DNA of 64,000 nucleotides from Campylobacterota bacterium (GTDB taxonomy: Bacteria; Campylobacterota; Campylobacteria; Campylobacterales; Sulfurimonadaceae), in assembly GCA_039714575.1 (NCBI GenBank), contig JBDLJE010000003.1, positions 294-64,293 of the forward strand, in the 5' to 3' direction. The notes below the pieces were generated by a model that ran no database searches, was not told where the DNA came from, and saw only the letters and a list, made by a program, of their open reading frames with translations. A program made the translations under genes and the position numbers. Positions 19,031 to 26,474 of this stretch are shown one piece after another (position 1 is the stretch's first letter; every line of letters begins with the position of its first letter).

Positions 19031-19829
19031 AAAACGCACCAAAAAAGCAAAAAGCGATAAACTCGGTTATATTCTCATTACTGTGGTGGTCGTTGTGCTC
19101 GTTGCGGTAGGTGCTTATGTAGCGATGAATCGCGGTGTTGAAAAAGACAAAGAGACGATGTGCCGTCTCGATGGTGCTTTTGACCGCCAAGTCATCATCT
19201 TGGACATGACAGACAACTATAATGCGATCCAGGTGCAGCAGATCAAACATATTATCAACAACCTGACCGACAACCTAAAACTGCATGAACAGATCCAGCT
19301 CTACTTTATCGATGAAACACCGCCGAGTGAGATGAAAGCGGAGCTTATATTGTGTAATCCAGGCGATGGTGCCGGAAAGAGTGAGATATACTCTAATCCG
19401 AAACTATTCAAGAAACGGTGGGATGAACGTTTTCATCAACCTTTGATGGCGAAGATCCGAGATCTCTCAGGCGACTATACCAGCAGCAGATCGCCGATCC
19501 TTGAGACGATACAGGCCGTTAACAACATGGCTTTTCCCTATGTAAGAGAGGAGGGGCGAAAGTATAAGGTCACCCTTATTTCGGACATGATCCAAAACTC
19601 TGATGAGCTCTCTTTTTTTAAGACAAGAGCCACGTCTCTACTGAATTTTGTTGATTCGCCGGGTTATAACAAGACGCGTACGGATCTTGAAGGTGTTGAT
19701 GTAGACCTCGTTATTGTCAGACGCGACAAGTTTGAGTCATTGCAGTCAAGAGACTATATCGATTTTTGGGTTGAAGTGCTTACCAGTATGAGTGCAAATG
19801 TTGAAAACATTAAGTCAACAGACGGATAA
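18993..19829 (+). CDS. TM-anchored vWA-like protein (gene B)
   Basis: A Lys-rich N-terminus and a TM (YILITVVVVVLVAVGAYVA) precede an alpha/beta domain with vWA-like motif order: VIILDMTDNYN ... SPILETIQ ... VTLISDMIQNS. An alternative start at 19023 would give an 8-nt overlap with gene A. Confidence 0.65.
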   Translation: MKMSQKRMKKMAKKRTKKAKSDKLGYILITVVVVVLVAVGAYVAMNRGVEKDKETMCRLDGAFDRQVIILDMTDNYNAIQVQQIKHIINNLTDNLKLHEQIQLYFIDETPPSEMKAELILCNPGDGAGKSEIYSNPKLFKKRWDERFHQPLMAKIRDLSGDYTSSRSPILETIQAVNNMAFPYVREEGRKYKVTLISDMIQNSDELSFFKTRATSLLNFVDSPGYNKTRTDLEGVDVDLVIVRRDKFESLQSRDYIDFWVEVLTSMSANVENIKSTDG

Positions 19830-19832
19830 TTT

Positions 19833-21335
19833 ATGAAAAATAGAAAATTTAACAGTGGTTTCATGGAAAAGGTACAGATCAAGTACCTCTTTCTCGTCGC
19901 TTTGGTCAGTGGTGTTGTGTTTATTATGCTGGGCGGGTTCACCGATAAGACCTACCTCTCCATAATACTGACCATATCAGTCATGATCGCTTACTTCCTT
20001 ATCGGACAGAAGATCGTTGAGAGAGAGCTGCTGACCAATGAGCAGTTTGCCGACAGTAACTATTACCTCGGGTTTTTGTTTACGCTGATCTCTCTGGCAA
20101 GCTCACTATACATACTCTCTAACGGAAGCATGGAAGGCGGTCTTTTGACCCGTCTTATCGGTCAGTTCGGTATCTCCATCTCGACTACGATCGTGGGTCT
20201 CTCTCTGCGTATCTACCTACTGAGTTTCAGCCCGAACATCGGCTCGAATATTGAAAGTTTCAACCTGATGATCATGGAGAAACTTCAGATGCTGAATGAC
20301 CATATCGGTCACAGTATTGATCAGACAAAGACCTTTTCCAATGTCATTGATGACAAGGTCAACCTCTTTATCGAGCAGACGTTAAAGTCCGTAGAGAAGT
20401 ATAATGAGCGTCTGGTCGAGAGCCTGGATCAACACTCCGTTAACAATATCTTTGCCAAGATCTATGAAGATATGGATGCGCTCCATGCCAAACAAGAAGA
20501 GCGTGTTGATGAGATCTATAAAAACATCACGAACTATCATCTGCGTTATGAAAAACAGAACCAATCCTCGACAAAGGCCTTTCAAGACTCTATTACAGAC
20601 AGTGAAAAGTGGATCCGTGAGTTTAATGACACGATGGGCCAATCGGCAGGAAGCATCGCAAACTCCAACACAGAGATGCGAAAGGTCATCCATAACTTCG
20701 ATGACTTTGTCCGCGACCTGCCTAAGCTTTTTGCTGACGTCAATACTCTTTTTGAGCAGAGTGCCAAAGCGCTTACTTCTGACCTCAAAGAGAAGAATCG
20801 TGCGCTGATCGAGGACTTTATCGAACAGAAAGATCTTCAAAATAAAATTCTGATAGAGCGTGTTTTGGGCGAAAACCAGAAGGTCGTTACGAGTTTTTTG
20901 AACAACGGTGAGAGTCAAAACAGCGAGATCATCAACAAGTTGAACACTCTAAATGAAGAGGTCGTGGCCAGTTTTATCAAGTCGCGTGAATCCGGCAATG
21001 AGAAGATCATCAACGATATTATGGTCTTGAACAACAAGGTCATACAGTCTGTCGGTTCACGTGCCGAGAGTGCCAATGCCAAGGTTGTGGATGCCATCAT
21101 CACATCATCAACAAAAGTACTGCACTCTTTTGTAAACAACCAAGACCAGAAAAACGAACAGCTTATCCAGAAAATTACCAAAGAGAACAGAAAGCTTCTC
21201 GAAAGTATGGCCAAATTTATAGCTGAGAACAGATCGGGGACTTCGACTCAGCAAGCCCGTTATTCTGTCGCTGACGAGAAACCTGTTAGTGAAAAGATGC
21301 GTGCACACGGCAGTGTCAAACTGCCTAAAAGCTAG
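19833..21335 (+). CDS. MotA/ExbB-like channel protein with a long helical C-terminal tail (gene C, ZorA-like architecture)
   Basis: It has four TM helices. Residues 77-127 (YLGFLFTLISLASSL...LIGQFGISISTTIVGLSLRIYLL) fit the two-helix MotA_ExbB signature. About 370 aa of charged helical sequence follows, including 26-aa repeats. Confidence 0.65.
   Translation: MKNRKFNSGFMEKVQIKYLFLVALVSGVVFIMLGGFTDKTYLSIILTISVMIAYFLIGQKIVERELLTNEQFADSNYYLGFLFTLISLASSLYILSNGSMEGGLLTRLIGQFGISISTTIVGLSLRIYLLSFSPNIGSNIESFNLMIMEKLQMLNDHIGHSIDQTKTFSNVIDDKVNLFIEQTLKSVEKYNERLVESLDQHSVNNIFAKIYEDMDALHAKQEERVDEIYKNITNYHLRYEKQNQSSTKAFQDSITDSEKWIREFNDTMGQSAGSIANSNTEMRKVIHNFDDFVRDLPKLFADVNTLFEQSAKALTSDLKEKNRALIEDFIEQKDLQNKILIERVLGENQKVVTSFLNNGESQNSEIINKLNTLNEEVVASFIKSRESGNEKIINDIMVLNNKVIQSVGSRAESANAKVVDAIITSSTKVLHSFVNNQDQKNEQLIQKITKENRKLLESMAKFIAENRSGTSTQQARYSVADEKPVSEKMRAHGSVKLPKS
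20805..21194 (+). repeat. Five tandem 26-aa repeats in the tail of gene C
   Basis: The units are LIEDFIEQKDLQNKILIERVLGENQK / VVTSFLNNGESQNSEIINKLNTLNEE / VVASFIKSRESGNEKIINDIMVLNNK / VIQSVGSRAESANAKVVDAIITSSTK / VLHSFVNNQDQKNEQLIQKITKENRK (aa 325-454). Confidence 0.75.
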
Positions 21336-21352
21336 AGGGATTACGTTTAGCG

Positions 21353-22378
21353 ATGCAGTTTAATGAGAACGGAAACAACGATTTTTTATTCGGTATTACC
21401 TTAACCGAACTTATTTTAATGCTCTTTTTTCTTCTGTTGCTCATCTCAGCTTTTATGAGTGCTGAAAAGTCCAGTATCATCACTAAAGTCGAACAGGAAA
21501 ATGAACGTATCGTCAAAGAGAACCTGGACCTTCAACTTAAAAACAAGGTGAGCAGGACGCTTTCTGAGGAGATGATCGGCGCACTGTTGCGCTTTAGACT
21601 CGGTGAAGACAAGGAGCAGGAGAAAGCGAAGCAGATCTTTAAAGAGTTAAGCAACCAGACTAAGCTTATTGCAGAGAATGAAAAGTTAAAGGGTCAAGTC
21701 GAAGCGTATGAGATCAATGACAAACTTTTGAAGATGGATGAGGAGTTTAAGGTCCAGCTCTCTCGAAAAGAGTCGATCCTCAATCTGCTCAAAGATATTA
21801 ACTCGACAGAACAGCTTCAGGCGATCTTCAATGATCTTGAAACGCTTGAAAGACTGAACGCAAAGCTGGAAGTCGAAGACAAACGGCTGCGCAGAGAAAA
21901 TGCCATGTTGGAAAAGTCGCTCAAAGAGCTCTCTTCGCTCTCAAAAGAGGAGCTGCTGTATGCGCAAGAGATCCTAAAAGGGCAGGTGAGTTACCTGACA
22001 CGCAGACTCAACATGGGCGGCGGCAGTGAACTTCCGCCTTGCTGGGCCAACAGAAAGAGCGGCAAAGCGGAGTATATCTTTACGGTCATTCTAGGTGAAG
22101 AGGCTCTGCGTGTTGCGCCAAGATGGCCAAAATACAGAGCAAAAGAGCTGCGCAAGTACGGATCGCTGGAGCCGTTGTTTTATCGGGATCTCAATGTTAC
22201 CGAGTTTTTAGCGATCACTAAACCGATCTATAAAGATGCCGACAAAAAAGAGTGTAAACACTATCTCTATATGTTTGACGATGCGATGACAAAAGATGGG
22301 TATAAGACCAAGCGTCTGCATATAGAGAACTACTTTTACAAGTATGAGGATGCCTCAAAGGTGTATGACCGTTTTTAG
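21353..22378 (+). CDS. MotB/ExbD/TolR-like single-TM protein with a coiled coil and an unknown C-terminal domain (gene D)
   Basis: The N-terminus FLFGITLTELILMLFFLLLLISAF resembles the MotB/ExbD/TolR TM helix, with an acidic residue (Glu19, nt 21407-21409) near its cytoplasmic end. About 170 aa of coiled coil follows. The C-terminal domain of about 125 aa (LPPCWANRKSGKAEYIFTV...) has no OmpA-like motif that I can see. Confidence 0.6.
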   Translation: MQFNENGNNDFLFGITLTELILMLFFLLLLISAFMSAEKSSIITKVEQENERIVKENLDLQLKNKVSRTLSEEMIGALLRFRLGEDKEQEKAKQIFKELSNQTKLIAENEKLKGQVEAYEINDKLLKMDEEFKVQLSRKESILNLLKDINSTEQLQAIFNDLETLERLNAKLEVEDKRLRRENAMLEKSLKELSSLSKEELLYAQEILKGQVSYLTRRLNMGGGSELPPCWANRKSGKAEYIFTVILGEEALRVAPRWPKYRAKELRKYGSLEPLFYRDLNVTEFLAITKPIYKDADKKECKHYLYMFDDAMTKDGYKTKRLHIENYFYKYEDASKVYDRF

Positions 22379-22381
22379 GTC

Positions 22382-22873
22382 TTAAATATTTTTTGCAATA
22401 AACGTCAAACACGTTTCAGCACTCTGTGCCACAACGACATCCAGCATCATAAGATTATGGGAGAGACCGAAATCTTCTATGATCTTGCCGTCTTGGCATA
22501 AGGCGGCATCATTCGAAAGCTTTTGCGCTTCATGAACACGTTCTATCATCGGACGGCGGTCCTGAGCATAGGCAAAGACCTTTTTGCCAAGTGCAGCGCC
22601 ATAGCCCACCTCATACACCGTGCCGGAATCAGGCTCCAGGCCGCGAAAAGGGTTTAGGTTAGCCATGACGATGTCGCACTCTTCCAAGAGCTTGACATTG
22701 GCCTCTCTGATCGTTTTAGCGACCTCATAAGGTGTACCGTCGCATACGATCTCATTGTCAAGTGGAAACATCCCTTCAAAACCGTACTGTCGACAGAGCT
22801 CTTTTAAAGCCTTGCCCTGTTCTATCGCATTTTGTTCAAACACATCCGGTCCGGCGAGATATATCTTTAACAT
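22382..22873 (-). CDS. Nucleoside 2-deoxyribosyltransferase family protein
   Basis: It begins MLKIYLAGPDVF, contains ...DSGTVYEVGYGAALGK..., and is 163 aa, typical of the NDT fold. Confidence 0.75.
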   Translation of the reverse strand: MLKIYLAGPDVFEQNAIEQGKALKELCRQYGFEGMFPLDNEIVCDGTPYEVAKTIREANVKLLEECDIVMANLNPFRGLEPDSGTVYEVGYGAALGKKVFAYAQDRRPMIERVHEAQKLSNDAALCQDGKIIEDFGLSHNLMMLDVVVAQSAETCLTFIAKNI

Positions 22874-22932
22874 GGCACTACCTTGCTTTTTGTGAACATT
22901 ATATCTTTTGTTTGCAGGCTTTTGTTAAAATT

Positions 22933-23409
22933 ATGGAAAGTGTCTCATTTGACAGCGCAGTAATGTCAAAATTTGTATATAATTCAGTTAACAAAAAAAG
23001 AGGAAGTCCTATCGTTAAAAAAATTGTAAAATTCAGTTCTGTCGGTGCTTTAGGTTCTGTTACAAATATAACAATATTTTCAGCACTGACATTTTTGAAT
23101 GTCAATTACAATATTTCAGCGGTAGTCGCCTTTTTAGCAGCAGTGACGCAAAATTATCAGCTCAACAAAAAATGGACATTTAAAGACCATAAAACCAAGA
23201 CCAGGAAAAAATTTCCAAAATATCTTGCTCTGAATTTTTCGAGTTTTTTAGTTAACTTGTTGGTACTTAACCTGGTTGTTCTGAATTTTGGAGATGAAAA
23301 ACTGATGCAGATCGCAGGACAGATAGCGGGTATCGGTGCGGCTATGGGTATTAACTTTTTGGGAAGTTATTTAATCATCTTTGCAAAACATAAGGAGAGT
23401 GAGATATGA
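22933..23409 (+). CDS. GtrA family membrane protein
   Basis: Using the internal ATG at 22933 (or 22963) avoids overlap with the convergent NDT gene. It has KFSSVGALGSVTNITIFSAL, four TM helices and a KWTFKD loop, typical of GtrA. Confidence 0.7.
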   Translation: MESVSFDSAVMSKFVYNSVNKKRGSPIVKKIVKFSSVGALGSVTNITIFSALTFLNVNYNISAVVAFLAAVTQNYQLNKKWTFKDHKTKTRKKFPKYLALNFSSFLVNLLVLNLVVLNFGDEKLMQIAGQIAGIGAAMGINFLGSYLIIFAKHKESEI

Positions 23410-24137
23410 GTAGAGGCGTCATCGTTATTCCCACCTATAATGAGATCGAAAACATCGAAGTCATCTTGGAGAAGGTGTTTTCTCTTAAGCTCGATGTAGA
23501 CATCTTGATCGTTGACGACAACTCTCCTGACAAGACCTATGCCAAAGTGCAAGAGCTTATTGATGCAGAGACTTACAGCGGACAGCTCCACCTTCTTATC
23601 AGACAAAACAAAGAGGGACTTGGCAAAGCTTATATAGCAGGTTTTAAGTGGTGTTTAGAACATGACTACACATTTATCATCGAGATGGATGCAGACCTGT
23701 CGCATGACCCGAAATACCTGCCGTCGTTCATAGAGAACATCAAAGAGTATGACCTTGTCATCGGTTCGCGCTACGTCAAAGGCGGCGGTGTCGTCAACTG
23801 GTCACTGCTGCGCAAGTTCATCAGTTTTGGAGGAAGTACCTATGCGCGCACTATCCTCGGCATCTCTGTCAAAGATGTGACGGGCGGATTCAAGTGTTTC
23901 AGACGAGAGGTGCTCGAAGCGATCGACCTCGACAACATCCTGAGTGCTGGCTACGCTTTTCAGATCGAGATGACCTACAGAACGATCTTGAAAGGCTTTC
24001 GTGTCAAAGAGGTGCCTATTGTCTTTGAGGACAGAGTCGCCGGCAAGTCAAAGATGTCCAAGAAGATATTCATAGAAGCGCTTTTAAACGTGGTGACGCT
24101 CCGTATGCATAAAAAAGATATTGTAGAGGGCAGATAA
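23406..24137 (+). CDS. Polyprenol-phosphate glycosyltransferase (GT2, Dpm1/ArnC-like)
   Basis: Motifs are VIVIPTYNEIENI, VDDNSPD and EMDADLSHDP. It overlaps the GtrA gene by 4 nt. Confidence 0.85.
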   Translation: MSRGVIVIPTYNEIENIEVILEKVFSLKLDVDILIVDDNSPDKTYAKVQELIDAETYSGQLHLLIRQNKEGLGKAYIAGFKWCLEHDYTFIIEMDADLSHDPKYLPSFIENIKEYDLVIGSRYVKGGGVVNWSLLRKFISFGGSTYARTILGISVKDVTGGFKCFRREVLEAIDLDNILSAGYAFQIEMTYRTILKGFRVKEVPIVFEDRVAGKSKMSKKIFIEALLNVVTLRMHKKDIVEGR

Positions 24138-25552
24138 TGGGTTATAGAGAAAAAGTCGTTCTCTTCTTTTACACACTGTTTAATGCGATAGCCAACCAGT
24201 TTATCAAACTCTATTCGGATGAGACCTATTACTGGGTCTGGTCACAAAAGCTGAGTCTCTCCTATTTTGACCATCCGCCTATGGTGGCCTATATGATCAA
24301 GATGACCACACTCTTCAGTGATGAACCTTTTTTCGTTCGACTGCCGGCAGTCCTGCTCGTCTCTGCAACGGCCTATATACTCTATACGTTAGCGCGTAAA
24401 ATGTTTGATGAAAAAACTGCGATCTATACCTTCTATATCTTTTTGAGTACAGTCTTTGTTTTAGCTGCCTCGACGGTTATCGCACCGGATATACCGTTGG
24501 TGTTTTTCTGGGCACTGACACTTTACAGCGGATATATGTATGTTGAAGAGGACCATAAAAAGTATGCGCTGTTGACGGGTCTTTCAGCGGGCGGAATGCT
24601 GCTTTCAAAGTATCCGGGGGTACTGCCGCTCTTAACTCTTATTGTATTTGTTCTTATCTACCGGCGCGACCTTTTGAAAGATATCTATTTCTATCTGGCA
24701 CTCTTTATCGCAACAGTGGTTTTTATGCCCGTACTGTTGTGGAACTATCAATACGATTTCATCTCATTTGCTTTCCAGTTCAGTCATGGTATTGCAGAAG
24801 AGAAGGTGTTCCAGGGCAAATATTTTTATGGATTTGTCGCCTCGCAATTCGCTCTTTTTCACCCGCTGTATCTTCTGCCGCTCTTCTATTTTATCATACG
24901 CGACAAAGAGCGCTTTGAGCGAAAGAAAGTCTATCTTCTGCTGCCGTTTCTGCCTGTTGTAGGCTTTTTTACCTACAACTCGGTCTATACAGAGGCAAAC
25001 CCTCAGTGGGCAGCAGGTGCATACCTCAGTGCGTCTGTGCTCTTGGGCTATTACTTCGCCAAGCACAATATGCGTAAGCTCATGGCAACTGCTCTTGTTA
25101 GCAGTCTTGTTGTCTTGGTTGCATTGAAAACGCCGTTAAATGACTATATCCCGCCATTGAAACGCTTTCATGACAAACTGGGCATTGTTGATAACTTTGA
25201 TGCAGAGATAAAAGGTCTTAAATTGGATGTAGACAGTTATGATTATCTATTGATTGACGACTATCACGGCTCAGACGTTGCCTATTATCTACGCAGAAGT
25301 GACAATTTACTGTTGTTGAGCTCAGCACGTTTTTCTCAATACAACGTATGGCGTCATGAAGAACTTGGGATCACGATGGACAGGGATATCACAACAATAC
25401 CTAAACTGGGTAAGGTACTCTATATCAGTAACAACCCAGGACATGTAGCCGACATTCGGAAGCTTTTTAAGACATATAAAGAGATGGGTCACTATAAGAA
25501 AAAAGTAGGACGTAAAGATTACCAATATATTGTTGCAGAGTTAGAAAACTAA
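24137..25552 (+). CDS. GT39/ArnT-like membrane glycosyltransferase
   Basis: The N-terminal loop reads SDETYYWVWSQKLSLSYFDHPPM, followed by 10 or more TM helices and a soluble C-terminus. Its start overlaps the GT2 stop by 1 nt. Confidence 0.75.
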   Translation: MGYREKVVLFFYTLFNAIANQFIKLYSDETYYWVWSQKLSLSYFDHPPMVAYMIKMTTLFSDEPFFVRLPAVLLVSATAYILYTLARKMFDEKTAIYTFYIFLSTVFVLAASTVIAPDIPLVFFWALTLYSGYMYVEEDHKKYALLTGLSAGGMLLSKYPGVLPLLTLIVFVLIYRRDLLKDIYFYLALFIATVVFMPVLLWNYQYDFISFAFQFSHGIAEEKVFQGKYFYGFVASQFALFHPLYLLPLFYFIIRDKERFERKKVYLLLPFLPVVGFFTYNSVYTEANPQWAAGAYLSASVLLGYYFAKHNMRKLMATALVSSLVVLVALKTPLNDYIPPLKRFHDKLGIVDNFDAEIKGLKLDVDSYDYLLIDDYHGSDVAYYLRRSDNLLLLSSARFSQYNVWRHEELGITMDRDITTIPKLGKVLYISNNPGHVADIRKLFKTYKEMGHYKKKVGRKDYQYIVAELEN

Positions 25553-25676
25553 AAAACTGAGTTTATCAAACAGGGTTTTTAAGCCATAGTTGAGAACTGA
25601 GGAGAAGGGACTACTCCCAATCTCTCACCATGTTTTTGGATATTGGCAAATGCTTTTTGCGATCTGTTCTGACGAT

Positions 25677-26294
25677 CTATATTCCCTCCAGTAGTACCAG
25701 CCATAAACGGTCTATCTCTTTGTCACTGAGAAAGAGACTTGAATGGTTTTCAAACAGTTCCATCAAACCCTCATGTCTGATGCTGAGTGTATGGGCGCAA
25801 TTCGGATGTGCCGGGAGGTAAGAACGAATGACCGAGACCTCTTCTGTAATAGAGTCATCGCAGAAAAAGCAGTGCAGCTCTCTGTGCAGACGCCCTTCAT
25901 GCTCAAGCAGTTTTACATACGACTCAACGGCAACACGTTTAGGATTCTGTTTAGCCCAGGCTTCAGCCGCTCTGTCTAAGAGTTCAAAGTAAAAATGACC
26001 GGTCTCTTCAGACTCTTTAAGATGTGGGTAGAAGAGGGTGACAAACTGCTGCCATATACGGAGTTTGTGGTGATCTGTCAGCCAAGGGTAGCCAAGGTGC
26101 ACGACATCTCGAAGCTGTCCGATAGTCGACTTGACATTGGTGATGACCTCAAAATCGATCTTAAAGCCGAGATTGACCACGCCATGCCTTGCGCCATAGA
26201 AACGATAAAGTGTATCTAAGCCGCGATCCGATAAAATTGTAACAACAAGATCTTCGTCTCTGGCGCGATTGAGACTGATGATAAAGCCCTGCAT
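25677..26294 (-). CDS. recO: DNA repair protein RecO (epsilonproteobacterial type)
   Basis: The N-terminal OB-like region MQGFIISLNRARDEDLVVTILSDRGLDTLYRFYGARH and the C-terminal Cys/His cluster CFFCDD...HPNCAH match the short RecO proteins of Campylobacter/Helicobacter. Confidence 0.6.
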   Translation of the reverse strand: MQGFIISLNRARDEDLVVTILSDRGLDTLYRFYGARHGVVNLGFKIDFEVITNVKSTIGQLRDVVHLGYPWLTDHHKLRIWQQFVTLFYPHLKESEETGHFYFELLDRAAEAWAKQNPKRVAVESYVKLLEHEGRLHRELHCFFCDDSITEEVSVIRSYLPAHPNCAHTLSIRHEGLMELFENHSSLFLSDKEIDRLWLVLLEGI

Positions 26295-26474
26295 TCCTGT
26301 TTCTTACCTACACATTCATAATATTTATTTCTTGTAATTATAGCTCCTAAATAGAAGTTTAACCTGATGGCCTGTATACTATTAGGAATTTTAGAATTTC
26401 TAAATATATCTAAGTTGCTTAAAAAATGCTTAAATTTAGAAAATTCGTAAAAATTTCTTATTAAGGAATCTTAT

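Noticed and set aside
20382-20918. 178-aa and other antisense or alternate-frame ORFs inside gene C (also 20404-20808, 20915-21214)
   Set aside because: They are nested within the MotA-like gene, have no SD and no motifs, and are typical of A/G-rich coiled-coil coding DNA.
22382-22873. Nucleoside 2-deoxyribosyltransferase as a possible effector of the neighbouring MotAB-like operon
   Set aside because: It is on the opposite strand (convergent, with stops 3 nt apart) and looks like an ordinary stand-alone housekeeping NDT-family enzyme. Nothing in the sequence supports functional linkage.
22732-22932. Upstream extension of the GtrA ORF
   Set aside because: The first 67 codons overlap the convergent nucleoside 2-deoxyribosyltransferase gene and translate to non-membrane junk. 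I used the internal ATG at 22933 instead.
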